Source of the DNA: Paraphysomonas bandaiensis
Taxonomy: Eukaryota; Protista; Chrysophyceae
NCBI GenBank assembly: GCA_965644295.1
Contig: CBFFRP010000338.1
Coordinates: forward strand, 186,001-250,000
Length of the DNA stretch: 64,000 bases
Reading direction: 5' to 3'
This document shows positions 24,155-37,922 of this stretch, one piece after another (positions within the stretch are counted from its first letter, which is position 1; each line of letters begins with the position of its first letter). Made by a program: the position numbers and the translations under genes. Below the pieces are notes generated by a model. That model was not told the origin of the DNA. It was given only the letters and a program-made list of their open reading frames with translations, and ran no database searches.

Positions 24155-26652
24155 ATGACTCATCAACAACCCTATATAGGGGTAGATAAAGGCATTATTC
24201 TCATAGGAACATACAGAGGATCCTATACATTAACTTCCATACAATCCATACGATTACAATTAAATAACATCATGAATATATCAGATATATCTATAGATAC
24301 GAATGAAACATGGAAAACATCACCAATTAAAACATCTAGAAGAAATAATAATCAAAGGGAGAGAGATAGAGTGGAGCATATGATGTATTCAACTCCTGTG
24401 AAGGACACTAGAGACAGTGAGATACACAGTGATATACACAGTGATATGCACAGTGATATACATAGTGATGTATATCGTAATCGCAGATCTTATAATAGCA
24501 GATCACATGATGAGCATGTAGCAACAGAGTCACTGGATCATAACATGGATGTTGATCTGATTGGTGTATCATGTTTACAACAAGAATCATCTCTTGGAGT
24601 AGAAGATGAAGGACGTGGTATTGCGTTACAACCTTCTCGACTATACACGATGTCGGATGGAACAGTAACTGTAAGTGGACCAGATGCTGTGCTGATGAAA
24701 GCAGACAAGGAAGACAGGAATCTGGCACGGTTAACATCTTCCGGTCAGGTATTGACGTCTAGCTGTGAAGTGCATATCATATATAATATATACGTTAGGT
24801 AGATGCGGTGATATGTCTTAGCACACATACACGTCACTTCCACCGGCGCACACTTGAGGCTGCCGTCCGGACACGGGTTCCAATTCTTGGGGTTTATGGA
24901 CCGGTTCTTCTGGATCTTATTCGTTCTGGGGGACGGGTTATAGGGTGCTATGACTCCTCTTGCTCTTCTTCCGATGAGTCTAGAGCAATATTTTTTGCGC
25001 GATTACTCGCCTTCTACTGGCGCGATCAATGTACGTACACTTTCCCGAGTCAAGTCCCATGGACCGCTAGTAGAGTCGCGGCGATGTCCTTGTTTTCAGT
25101 GGCTGTATTGCGCTTATCGTCAAACCTTCTCTCACGTTCACACCCTGGGAACTGTGAGACTAATATGTTGCTGCATGAGAAGTGTGAAGACCATTTTTGT
25201 GTTGAGGTAAACGGGTATGTAGTCCCGGGGGGACCTCTGAGTGAACGGGATCTGGTATCAACTGTCCTTCCGAAGAAGTCACCCCCAGTCAATTTTGCAA
25301 CGTCTAGTTGCAGTGAGAGTTGGTTTGCAAATTTTAATGTGGTTGATTTGCCACTAGGTAGACTTAAATGTGCGGTGGAGACAGTCCTTAATAATGTGGT
25401 GCCTTTGGCGTTGTCGTCTTTAGGCTGTGCCCAATGGAACGACTATGTTCTGTACTGGCTGTCTGGGCAGTCATCTAATACACACATGCCTAGAGAGGTA
25501 TGCTACTTGCTTGGTGCAGTCACAGCTGCTATTTTCAGTCACCCTCCAAGCAAAGTATCTTTGCCATATATATCAGGTGCGTTGTGTGGAACTTTATGGA
25601 AACTGTTGTCATATTACCTGTCTTGCCATCTCTCTTCGCTACTTTCTCTGCTTTCTATAGCAATTTCTCTTTTCGTCACTTCTCTTCTTATGAACCCTGC
25701 ACATATTCATTTCAGTACAACGTTACAATGGTTTGGAGACGGTTTTTGGTTTGTACCTTCATATCTAATGAGAATATGCTCTGCCGAGGACACAACATTA
25801 GGCACATCACAGTCGGCCAATATTCTATCAACTCTCCTTCTTGCAACTGTCTGCTCTGAGTTGATTGTAATTCCCACTCTTGAGCACCGTATTTTTGTGG
25901 TGCTTCTTCTTCCAGCCCTTTTACTGGATATTGAGAAAGATGACTTTTTATTTTCCGAGACACAGTCTGTGTGCGCAGCCTGTACCCCTATTGCTGGAGT
26001 GCTTTGCGGAGTTATCTTAATTTCTGTGTGTCGAACTGAAAGAGCAATGAAAGGTGTACGGAGTTTAGATTGTGTTGTCGCGGACAGTAGACCACCTCAG
26101 CGTAGACTGAGTGGAGATTCCTCGATATCAGTTTCCGATTCGGATAGTTCACCTGATGATCCTCCTGGAGCGTTGTCGTATGTACCCACTCCAGTGGCGT
26201 GTGGTGTACATGATGACGTACGGGTTCTGGCAACTACGGAAGTGCTTCTCTCGTCTCCTGAAATCTCACCAGTAGAGGTGAAACCTAATTGGGTTACGGA
26301 AACTTTGAACCATATTCGGAGGAGTATATTGTCTACTGTGGAAACGATATATAGAATTCGAGCATGTACTTGTGATTGGCTATATGTACGCTATAGCTTG
26401 AAAGAAGTTTTTTATATTTTCAGGAAGAAAAAGGCTGTTCGGCTGTGTGTAGGAGGATATTCCTCAATTCAATGCTTTTGTCTCCTGATGATAGTTACTG
26501 ACTCCTCCGGGTTTCTCATGTGGTGGAAAAGTATTGTTCCACTTTCATGCTCACCGTGTATGAATCTGATAGTAGCTAGAGTATTGATATCTTTCGTTGC
26601 ATTTCTATTAGCTTTCCTGACAACCATATTGGCGGAGTTATTATCTAAATAG
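24155..26652 (+). CDS. Multi-pass membrane protein; N-terminal domain resembles a bacterial 'PTS sugar transporter'-annotated family
   Basis: Two exons with a phase-0 intron at 24749-24798. Many hydrophobic segments in the C-terminal half. Motif order DRNLA..SGQVDAVICLS..LEAA..VPILG..GGRVI..SRAI..LA..W. Contains a 12-bp (DIHS) tandem repeat at ~24414-24473. Confidence 0.7.
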
Positions 26653-27073
26653 TTGGCCTAAAAATGTAAATATTTTTCAAGGATACATGTCTTGGTGCGA
26701 TATTCGTTGGTATATATATAATAGTAACTCAGTGGTTCGAAATTCGAAATGCAATCTCTGTATACTGTATATGAACATACATTACACTGGATATCTGGGT
26801 ATTCCCAGTCTAGCTATAGGAAGATGGTAAGTATGGAAAGCACTTATAGTGGAGCTATAATAGAGATAATGTTATTGAGTAAATGCAATGTATATATGGA
26901 GCAGTAGGATAGCCATGAATGGTTGATATTATATTATATAATATTAATGGTTGCAGACTATTGAATAACCATCATACTAGATATCATGCAACACATATTA
27001 CTACGCCTTCCTACTACTTCAATATCCCAACAGTCATAATTCAAGAGCGCGTGTATACGTGGAAAAATTACAT

Positions 27074-30000
27074 TTATGATCCCCACCCCATAACTGTGGT
27101 TTTCTTATAGATAGAGTCTTTCAATTTCTGGCCCTTGTGATATGGAGCCTTGGATCTGCTCTGGTTGCCCCATCCACCTCCGCGAGTGTTTCTTTGCTTC
27201 CCACTTCCATGCCTTCCACCCGTCGTTTGCCGATTTTGCCCTTTGTATACTGGTCCCTTCAATCCACTACTGGTTCTGTGCTGCCCCTGATACTGCCCAT
27301 CATAAGGCTTCCTCTGCTGGTTCCAATCGTCCTTATATCCGTATGTACTAGTCATAGAGTCAAGAATACGTTCGTTGCTCTCCATGAGATCGACAACCTT
27401 TTCTGACATCTGCTGTGCAAGTATTTGCATCGATGTAGCATTGACTTTGTACAAAACAAGCACCCCTTCTCCATCGGGAGATTGGTCCCATGCACCGGAA
27501 ATCTCATTACGGAATATCATTTTACTGATAATTCGACGAGCTGTTATAGAATCAGTGTCAAAAAGAGTGCAAATGTGGTTCAACGAAAGAGACTCGTAGT
27601 TAGATGCCACACTAGAGAAAAGATAGATGCGGAGTGCTTCCTCCTTGAGCTTCACCCGGAGCATCTCTTTGACCTTGGATCCACCATCGTTCGGGATCAG
27701 GTTCCACACATCGAGATTCAAGATGTACGTTAAAGCCCTGGACCACTCTCCCACCATCAAAGCCTTAGCTGCAGCCAGCACATGCTCCCTTGTGTTCTCC
27801 GGAGGTCCAGTAAATAGCTGTCTACTGTAACCCTGCAGATACTTACGGAAATGGAACCGCAGCAACACAGAGCGGTCGTTGACTTTTCCCACTAAATATG
27901 GAAGTTCTACAATCATTGCGCAAATCATATAGCAGCAGTCAAGCAGATCGGGGTTTATGTGCATATGGTACGGGATCTGACGACGTCGCTCATCATTTTC
28001 CTGCTGGGGATCCTTATCAGGCCACCGAACCGTGCCTTGGGCAAGAAGTTCTTTCACACGACCACCACACACACCCGCCAAGCACTCGTAAGCCTTCAAT
28101 ATAAGACCCTGGCGGAAAGCAGCTAGACCAAGAGTAACAAGTGCTCTGTTGTATAGAATTTGAGTGGGAATATCGGTTAAGGAAATGCTATCCTGAATAT
28201 GAGAAATCAAAAACAGGTCACGTGCACGGTAGTATCTATCATGTAATGCGTGGTAGAAGACAGCGCATAATAGTGCACGGGTTTTAGATTTCTCTTCACC
28301 AAGCTTGAATATGATTGCACACAGCTCCTCGATATCTTGGGATGGTTTGTAGCTATCCGGAAAAGGAACAGAAGGGTTGCCCTGGAATGCTGCAGGGTGA
28401 GTGGTTGTCGTATCACGGGAAGCTGCTGTGTCATCTGAAATCTTGCCCATACAAGCAGGGTGAAGATCAGAATGTCTGCCCCACTTCTTGGAAAACAAAT
28501 ACGCGCGACGCACTTCGAGTGCCATGCTGTCATGCTTGTAGTACAGATGCTCGAGACGAAGAAGAGCCACAATGGCAACCGCACTCTTATCTCCCACACG
28601 GGTATAGTACACCTGCAGTTTCTCGGCAAGTTCAAGTAAGAGTGCCTCATCAGAAAGACGTATAACATAATCCTGAGTATGTGGGTTGATCTGTTGTAGA
28701 CTCTTCGTATACTCAGTCTTCAGCTTTTCGAGATAATACACGAGCTTTCCTACGAGCTTAAGCTCGTTAGGATTCTGAACTTTCGGGTTAGTACTATCAC
28801 TCTCATTGGTTTTCTTGAAATCATTGGAGATTTTGGTTGCCATTACAATATCAGTGACGTCTTCATCCGACAACACGCCAAGAACAATCTCTTTATTCTC
28901 CTCTAACAGGTTTACAATACGTATCATGCATTCCCAACAGGCCTTCCAGGTCTGCAGATCCATATAACTGTCCAATCTTTGGTAAGCATCGAACTTAGCG
29001 GAAATCAAGTGCATAAGCACAGGTATTTCTGTACGAGGGCCATAAAAGCGGGCAATTTTTGCCAGGACCTCCAGCTGGTAGATAATAGCTTTTGTATCAG
29101 TTCCTTTACGACCACGAGAGGAAACTAGCTCAACGACTTTTTTATTTAGCACTTCTTCGGATATGTTCTCCTCGACCTTCCAGTGAGAAGATGAGGCCTT
29201 AATACGATGCTCTACAGAGCTCGCTTTCGTGCTAGGGCCAGAGGAGCGAGCTTTCTTTGCCTGCTGCTTAGCTTTCTTCTTGTCCAATGCAGAGGTATCA
29301 ACCTTCTTCTTCAGCCATCGTTCCCGGCCCTTCAGTCCTCCCCTATCATCCTCATCGTCACTGCTGTCACTACTGGAGTCATCCGAGTCACTTGGCCATG
29401 AGTCCTCAGATTCCGCATCAGAATCGGAGTCCATTGCGAACTTAACCTGACAGTGATTCATCATGACTAGAGAAACATACTAAAGATGTGCATCATACAC
29501 TCATACGATACGGCCTCCAGTGCCCCATACATACATACATACATACATACATACATACAGGTCACATACACTCATACGATACGATATCATCTTATCACAC
29601 CTTTGATTGTTTCTTAACAGGTTCCTCTTCACTCTCCTCACTCTCTTCCTCACTCTCATCATCATTCTCCTCATCACTAGATGATTCATCATCACTTTCA
29701 TCACTTGATATTTCTTCCTCACTACTTTCTTCATATTCTTCAGGATGTAAACGACATGCTTCAATTTCTTTTTCATATACTTTATTATGTTTACGTACAC
29801 TTAACTTCATGGTATTGAATGATTTTGCAATTTCTTTCTTCATTTTTTTTATACTTTCTTTATCTTTTAATGTATGATTTAAAAAATCTTCCAAATCCAT
29901 AAGAATTTTCACATAAAATTTTGGAAGACCATTTTTTAATATCAACATTTTGGATTTTTCAACAATTTTATTAATTGCCTTGAATTCATCAAGTATAATA

Positions 30001-30302
30001 CTCCAATCATTGATTTTCATTGCACTTCTCATACGATTAATTGCATCACGCATAGAATCCCATGATTTATCTTTTTTTGACTTTACTACACGTACTTCAT
30101 CTTCAGATTCTATATAAAATTCAACACTATTTAGTACAATTAAAATCCCAATTTTTATATATCACATACCACTATCTGATTCAAAGGCCCCAATAAATTT
30201 TCCACCGCCTATTTTTTGATTTTGCTGTATGCTTTCATCTGACTCACTTCCAGAGTCATCATCACTCTCACTAGAGCTACTACCAGCCCAAAATCTTGAC
30301 AT
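27074..30302 (-). CDS. EIF3C: Eukaryotic translation initiation factor 3 subunit C, multi-exon
   Basis: MSRFWAGSSS start, VRVVKSKKDK, SRGRKGTD, LLRLEHLYYK, QILYNRA, IPYHMHIN, GPPENTREHV and a PCI domain. Confidence 0.97.
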
Positions 30303-31977
30303 GATCGTTTGATTTGATATCAATAAAGTATGCAAAGTAAGTCAAATGGAATAAATTATGCAATGCATTAGGTAATAAAAGCAAATCATATATGCATATA
30401 TGCAATGCACTATCTACAATACATACAATTCCATTGGACACACGTATATAGGGATTTTCTGTGCTTTTCTAAGGAAACTCTGACACACCACACATTTAAG
30501 AGACAAGGTACTGTATATGTGATTTTCAGTCTTAAAAAAAATGAAAATATAGGAATACGCCGTTTGTCCAATTATGTATTGAAAATAGGTCCTTGTTTTT
30601 TGTGTAGGTGATAAATCTGTATACCTGCCTATACTACATACCCATGCATAGCTACAGAGTTGGCTGTATCATGTTCTTAATTCTTGACCTTGTAATGGGA
30701 ATCCTGCTGTGTTTATATTTACATGTGGCTGCCTTGTCACGACTAATATACAGTATCTGTAATTAGTTGTATTAAAATGATGTCAGTCTAAGTTGATGAA
30801 GACAACTGCTAACTGTATTCCACTAGATGAGCGTGTATAGATGCAAAATGATTGACGCATCAGTGTGAAATTGACCGTCACACACATCACATGACTGTAT
30901 TTACGATACCAACACAGCCGCTTGCTGCATATGTACACAACACACGCATATAACGCAATTATGAACTTTTCACCATATCAGAAATTCTGAAAATTGAGTG
31001 CTAATAGGAATCTATGATCTACGGTTAATAGGAATGACTATGATAAAGAAATCAATTATAAGATTATGTGTACAATATCGCTAAATATTTATTTCTCTAT
31101 TGTTGTTAATAATGGGAAAAGTGGGATATCCACAGACGAATTTCGTCATGACTCAGTGCCTCCGATATATATTTGTAAAGGTGTTCACTACAAAGAGGTG
31201 GTTCCGCCTTTAGACAACATCTTTTAGATGGTGTTGAATAAATAAGGGAAAGTTAATGGGGACAGTAAAACATAGAGATTAACTAATAAGGTCGATGAGA
31301 TATTCTATAGGTTTCATCCTGATATTCTTTCAAGTCATGGACTGATGGCTTTTTTCATTTCAATTATTTCCATTTAAACAAAACTTCTGCCATATTTATA
31401 TGACTCATTTAATATTCAAGTTCTAAACCTTGTGAAGTGATTAACTTATAGACTTGAAGCGATTGATACAGTAATACTCTCTCGCACTATTCTCACCAAA
31501 TTTGTTTAGCTGTGATATACTACTCTCTCTAAATAAGATAGAAAATGGAAAATAAAGTTAACAGCTTACGGCTACCCTGTGGTATACTTTTCAATATATT
31601 GGGTATGCATGATACCTATGTATCTATGAATTATCAAAAAATCCTAGACAGCCGCCACTATTATCAATGATTCATAGCTAGAGCGTCAGGGAAAGTAAAT
31701 AAAACGTGATATATCAAACTCATGGATCCATCAAGAGTAAATAAAACGTGCTCCTTGACATGGGATATCAGTTCAAATTAATTAATGCGGTACAAAACAA
31801 TGATCGGGTTCGCAAATACGGACCATAATTCCTACTAGTTTGAAAACTAATGCGTCGATACATAATCGGTTCGAGAATAATTTTACACGACATTAACTCG
31901 GTAATTGAAATAGCGTTCTCGAAAGCTAACTTAAACTCAAGCGTAAATAATATTGGCCCGTCGCAGTACCAAGATTA

Positions 31978-32577
31978 TTATATAATTTCCAGGATTCCCA
32001 GTGCTGAGCCAGTAGCAGCGCAAAGAAGGCAGATGAGAGAATGCCATATAAACATCCCGGCCCAATGAGAATAGCGACTTGCAGGATCACCAGTCGCATA
32101 GCCCTCTGCCCACTTCTTACGAGCATACATCCAAACCAACCCGCAGACAGAGGTGAAGAGGGGAAACCTCAGTCCAGCTGTTAGACTCAAAGCAAGGAAC
32201 TGTGAGTATGTCTCCAAGGCCTGCTGGTGACCACGTTGAATGCAGTTGAAACGCCGTGCATTCTCTGTACCACCAGTGACATACATGTTCGGCAGGGAAT
32301 ATCGCTCTTCGGCATTTTCTTCTCCATCTTTTAAAGCCTTCTCAGTATATTTTTTTCTCGCTGCTCCAACTTTAAATCCAAGCGATACAATTAACAATGA
32401 ACTCATAATAACATTAACAATAATAACACATCCATATGCTCGTGGAAGTGATAGTAAGTTAAGGACCAGTGTATTCCCTCCTACTGCATTACGAATAATA
32501 CCAGGAAGAAAGTTAATCTCCGCGTACATCAATGCTATACCGAATAACGGTACCAACTTGAGGGCAATAGATGGCAT
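31978..32577 (-). CDS. MAPEG family microsomal glutathione S-transferase (MGST3-like)
   Basis: VGAARKKY, YSLPNMY, FNCIQRGHQQALE, YATGDPASR. Confidence 0.9.
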   Translation of the reverse strand: MPSIALKLVPLFGIALMYAEINFLPGIIRNAVGGNTLVLNLLSLPRAYGCVIIVNVIMSSLLIVSLGFKVGAARKKYTEKALKDGEENAEERYSLPNMYVTGGTENARRFNCIQRGHQQALETYSQFLALSLTAGLRFPLFTSVCGLVWMYARKKWAEGYATGDPASRYSHWAGMFIWHSLICLLCAATGSALGILEII

Positions 32578-33150
32578 TCTTAGTTTATTATTGGGGGAAT
32601 GGGTTGTAATAAGCTTTGTATAGTGGATGTGTGTAGATTAATAGTCAGTGAGGAATAATGTATAGAAAATCGAAGGTTTTAGTTTATAATCACAGTGTAC
32701 AGGATTCAGTGTCAATTCTGTATGCAAAAATATGTGAATTTTGATATAAAAATTAGAATTTTCGAGTATGAACGAGGGAATATCTAATAAAATATCCCTG
32801 TATTTTGTATAGATATCGCTCTTATTTACACTTCATACCTTCGTATACTTTGCTGTATCTTTGCACTTCAGCAAGTCTAGAAGTGTGTGTGTACGTAGAG
32901 CCATACATACACTCTACTCTGTACTTACCTCCCACCCTCGACATTACCATACACTGGATCCATACCACTAGAAACAGATACACCATACTATATACAAGCC
33001 CTCTTGAGTGGTAATTGTTAAAGGAAGTTACATCTGTATATCTCTATTACTGTATCCCCATCAGATCTATTAGCCCATACGTATATATATATATATACAA
33101 TAAACAAGAGTGTGTGACCATCACATCACGAGAGTTTCATAGTCACAAAC

Positions 33151-34618
33151 ATGCCAAGAGGTAAAGCATTTGTTGCAAAAGTTACACAAAATAAAACTAT
33201 TTCAACATCTATTCAAACAAAAGACTTAACTATAAGTAATCATCATATCACATCACTACAAAGAGACCAACAAGAGCAGGGTGAACAACATAATGATAAT
33301 ATTTCAGTATATAATCCAGAGAAAACACACCCACTTCCATCTGAAACAACTATAGAGAGTGGAGAAGCTGATATAAAGGCTGTTGTAATTCAAAATTTCA
33401 AGTGTTTGGATATGTTTCTTAATTACTTAGCATCGAGAAAGGTAAATACTTTCAATTCTTTTCTCCTGATTTTAATTTGTTGTATGTTAATCAAGACATC
33501 GCCATCCATTTCTAGGTAAATTTAGTACTCTGTTGTGCTTCACTTAGAATGTAATGTATCTGCAATCAGAGTTCAGGACGGAGTTCGTAAAATGACTGGT
33601 CGTGACTTTACACAGGTATACACTTGATTGTAACGATGCACACGACTCATTCTAGTCGTAGAACGATATAAACACTATATTTTCTCTCTGTCCTGATGCA
33701 TTCATAGCCGAATGGAAGCCTTCTGATGGGAGGACAACAGATGTGCCAGGGGGTTCATATGAGCTCGTAATATCAGTAAATAAGTCCTGGCCAGTGAGCC
33801 TCTTATCTAGTATTCCTTCTGAATGTACTTCTGCTTCTGATAAGAGAAATATGGGCCATCTTGCTGCTGAATCTCGATTGTTGGCATTCCAGTGAGTACT
33901 TGCGCGTGGCTACGTGTATTAATGTCGTAATCGATAACTATATAGGGAAATACTATCCACAAGAAACGACATTAGTACAACAAATGGAACTTCGTCCTTA
34001 TTATGCCTGCCGCCCCATCCCGTATTTTTATCTACGCCTAGCACCACTAGTACCCCGAGTTCCCCCATTAAGGATCGTCCTGGTAAACGTCGCCGCATGA
34101 ACGCCGCTGCTCGAGATATAATTCAGACGGCCGCTCTTACTCAGCAGTATGAGCAGCAGTCAGTAGTTCCTTCCGCTCGTGCAAGTGTCTCCTTAAGTGA
34201 ACTCAAACAACGCGTTGTTGACCGGTGTGCTGCATCTAAGAGAAGATGCGAACATGAACAACAGTATCGTCCGAGACTTGCTGAGCTCTCGCTTATGCTG
34301 TCTCTTCCACGCACATGTGATGCGATACGTTCCTTGGCTCTTGAAAAAAATAAATCCATTTTTCCTCTGAGCCATGTAGTGGATATTCTTTCGCCATCGC
34401 ACAGAGCAATCTCTGTTTTAGATTGCATTCGCTGTCTTGCACATACGGCTCCAGAGTTTCTTACAATATTCCCACCAGACGATGTTGTGCCCTGCGACAA
34501 TGTAAGGGTCAATTTGAACGCTCCCTATGCCGCGCTAAGGAAAAAGCTCAAAGAAAAAATGACTGAAGCAAGTGTAGAAAAAGAAAAAATACAAAATTTG
34601 ATCAGGGAATGCTATTAA
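33151..34618 (+). CDS. CDT1: DNA replication licensing factor Cdt1-like, multi-exon
   Basis: FKCLDMFLNYL...VQDGVRKMTGRDFT fits the geminin-binding domain pattern. LPRTCDAIRSL..KNKSIFPLSHVV...IRCLAHTAPEFL fits the Cdt1 C-terminal winged helix. Confidence 0.75.
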
Positions 34619-34926
34619 ATGTCTGTCATGTGGATATGGTCGGTGTCCTCAATATTGTACGAGGGATACTATTGTACTCGTTATCTTAGTAGATATGTGC
34701 TCGTGTCTTACAGGCACTGTGTAACCATTCAACCTATTAATATTGAGTTGAATATTTGCTATAATGTTTTGGTAAGAAGTTTTATTTCATGTTAGGTATG
34801 ATCGCTTAGTACTATGCGAGCGCAGCATTGTGGGTAAACCTCAATATACAAAGTAATTTCGTATTCGCAGTACCATGATAGGATTCTAGTGATATTCGGA
34901 ATCGTTGCTATCTTCTTACTAGGTAG

Positions 34927-35140
34927 CAGGCTGCGTATCAATTAATTGACGCAGGTTGTAGTCAATTATAATTGCAATTAATTATTGCAATTATTTAATA
35001 CTAAACTACATTAGCTGCCAATATAGCTACCTCAACTGTCTTTCATTCCAGAGGCGACGGTCATCATCTTCTTCATCCTCATTGAGCAAAATATTTTAAT
35101 TTGATCTTTAATTGCGATTAATTGATACCACGCAGCCCTG
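34927..35140. mobile_element. hAT MITE (family A)
   Basis: Termini CAGGCTGCGTATCAATTAAT / ATTAATTGATACCACGCAGCCCTG. 8-bp TSD CTAGGTAG at 34919-34926 and 35141-35148. Confidence 0.85.
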
Positions 35141-35148
35141 CTAGGTAG

Positions 35149-35591
35149 AAGGCTTGCGTAACAATTAATTGGCAATTAATTAGTGACAGATGTCCAACAA
35201 TAAGAATTGCAATTATTAATCAAGCATAGATTTTAGAATAACCTTCTGAACTATAATCTCATCCCAAAGATGCCGATTTTCACGCAGAAACATCAACATT
35301 TCAAGGTGTCTAGGTGTCATTCGCTTGCAAAAATTAGTCATAACAATCTTAGCTCTGCAAAACAACCTCTCACAAAACATTGGTAGTGCTATACAAATGC
35401 TTCATGCAATCAAACTGTGCACATACATCCAAACTTGTGATAATGGGTTTGTATCTATGATCAGTAGCTCTAAACATCTTAAGATGCTATATAAATTTTA
35501 GCCAGCCAATTAATTGCAATTAATTGGCAACACTTTCCAATAATAATTGGAATTATCACTAGTAAAACCAATTAATTGAAACGCAAACCTG
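35149..35591. mobile_element. hAT MITE (family B)
   Basis: Termini AAGGCTTGCGTAACAATTAATTGG / CCAATTAATTGAAACGCAAACCTG. TSD CTAGGTAG at 35141-35148 and 35592-35599. Confidence 0.85.
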
Positions 35592-36049
35592 CTAGGTAGG
35601 AACAACTGTTAAGGAGGTTACCTGGCGAACTAGAAAAGAAAATTGGTACACTGTTGTAATTAACAAAACTAGGAAAAGATTACTGTCACTTGAAAATCCC
35701 TCTTAATGTTTATTAAAATATAAATATGCATATTTATTGCCAGCTCTATTTAAGGCCAACTTATACACTGCAGTCAGCGGCACCCCGAAACTCTACAGAT
35801 TCTACGCCTTTACCTCGCACCATCTCAGTCTCCCTCCTCCCTAGGAACACTTTCCTCCCATCTACATAACTCTGACCCTCCCTTAAGTGTAGAGATAGGT
35901 TAACTTTGCTTCGTGTAATGTTTGATTACTTAATCACTATACTTAATGTAATAATGTATTATACATGATCAAGACAATAATTATTAGACAGTTCCAGTTC
36001 AGCATTTCATACCTCGTATCCAGTGTACAGTATATATACACGTAGTAAT

Positions 36050-36601
36050 CAGGGCTGCGTGTCAACAATTCGGACAGCAAATCATAATTGCAATAATATT
36101 TGACTACAGCTTGCTTTATTTAATTAATGAATGATTAAAAAATACATTCATTTGGAGTGTTTATATTAGTTATTACATATATATATTCGTAAGCTGTCCA
36201 AACTAGTTAAAGGTGCAAAATTACTATAGCCTTATTATACATGCGTTAAAACGTGTTTATTATAAACGGAGAGACGGATTATACCATTTGTCGGGTTATT
36301 GGAGAAACGCTTAATTGACGATATCCACCTCAGAGTCATACAACAATTGCAAAAGTAGATCTCAATCACTCATGACAGTGAATAACCATTTTGAGCATCG
36401 AAATTGTTTTAATACAAGTAACGACGATACTTGCAGTAATTGCATGTACTTCGGGGAAGAAATAATAATTGAGCAAGATATGTTGGTAGCTAAGGTATAG
36501 CGACTTGTGTACGTAGTTTAGTAACAACTGCAATTAAACTAAATGGGACAACAATTAATAATTGCGTAAATCAATTGACAATAAGATGTTACACAGCCCT
36601 G
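36050..36601. mobile_element. hAT non-autonomous element
   Basis: Termini CAGGGCTGCGT / ACACAGCCCTG. Perfect 8-bp TSD GTAGTAAT. Confidence 0.85.
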
Positions 36602-36926
36602 GTAGTAATCCAACATGTTTAGAATATAATTTTCTCACTGGAAATAAATGCTTCCATTGATCAAGAAAGAACGTGATACGCTATGTAGTAACTTAAACTG
36701 TTACATACTAAGTCGTAATTGAAATTATTTACGGCATACGGCATTTGCAATCAGAGAGCTGCAGCACAGTCCCTTGATGTAATAAAATTACAACCTATAT
36801 ATATAAATGAATGATATTTAATTCCATACGATGACCAAGGATTCATGCGCAATATACATCAGGAAATTCGATCATATTCCTGTGAGGTACTTTTCAGCCC
36901 CCTATACACTTAGTACTCTCCGCTTT

Positions 36927-37922
36927 CTATCTGTCAGGTTGAAGAACTCTCACAGGAGCTTTTCCTACTTTGGCACCTTCATTAATTCTGTACGTGTGCC
37001 CACTTTCCTTTCTCAACAAATTTTTGCGACCAGACGATGTACTGTCCTGTCTTTGAAATCCTCGGCGGTAAGAGGGGTCTCCGCTGAGTTGCCGCTGAAG
37101 ATCAGACTTCTTCTGTATTGGCACGACCTTGAAAGTTTGTTTATTTCCCTTGAAAGTGCTCACTACAATGCCTCTAGCCGCCTGTCGCCTTGAGGAGGTT
37201 TCTTCGGCATTATTTATCGGCGCAGCCTTTGGTGAGGCTGCTACAGGTGTCTTCGCAGTGCTTGCATTTGGCGAGACTGCTACAGGTGTCTTCGCAGTGC
37301 TTGCATTTGGCGAGTTGAGAATTGTACCATATTGAACCATACCCGGTGCAGCCATCTCTTTAATATATCTCGCCATTTTGTTCCTTGCATGCACATTATG
37401 ACTGCGTATTACATCATATATATCATGAAGCGTAACTACATCTACACCAGGTCTGCAAAGTTTCTTGGCAAATTTCTCACACTCCTGATAAGTGTTAAAT
37501 ACATGATGTACTCTCATACTTTCCGCAACAGCTGCATATTTAACTCCATTATCTGAAACTACACTCTTTAATGTCATGAATTTTCTACGAAATATCGCCA
37601 GTTCTAAATCTTTTAATTCAGCATCTGCCCCACCAATCCGTAATACATTATTCCCATCACACCATGTTTGCCAATCTTCAGTTAAAATATTTTCATTTGT
37701 ATTTCCTTCTGTATATTTTGTTGTTTTATTATTCTTATGCTTCGTACGTCCAACTAACTTTTCTGGTTCAAATGGTACAGTCTTCATGATATTATTTCCA
37801 CCTAATGGTTTTGTTGTTAAACCCATTTTAGGAAAAAATGTAAAATGTCTTGCTCCTTTAGGTGAACCACCTTGTGTAATAGCTTTAATTTTTGCTGGTG
37901 CACCTGGTTTAGATGAAAACAT
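36927..37922 (-). CDS. Orphan basic protein, paralogue B (331 aa)
   Basis: Intronless ORF homologous to 19344-20222. Contains a 39-bp tandem repeat (SPNASTAKTPVA-V/A). Confidence 0.85.
   Translation of the reverse strand: MFSSKPGAPAKIKAITQGGSPKGARHFTFFPKMGLTTKPLGGNNIMKTVPFEPEKLVGRTKHKNNKTTKYTEGNTNENILTEDWQTWCDGNNVLRIGGADAELKDLELAIFRRKFMTLKSVVSDNGVKYAAVAESMRVHHVFNTYQECEKFAKKLCRPGVDVVTLHDIYDVIRSHNVHARNKMARYIKEMAAPGMVQYGTILNSPNASTAKTPVAVSPNASTAKTPVAASPKAAPINNAEETSSRRQAARGIVVSTFKGNKQTFKVVPIQKKSDLQRQLSGDPSYRRGFQRQDSTSSGRKNLLRKESGHTYRINEGAKVGKAPVRVLQPDR

Noticed and set aside
26722-26750. tRNA-like GGTTCGAA
   Set aside because: No cloverleaf stems around it.
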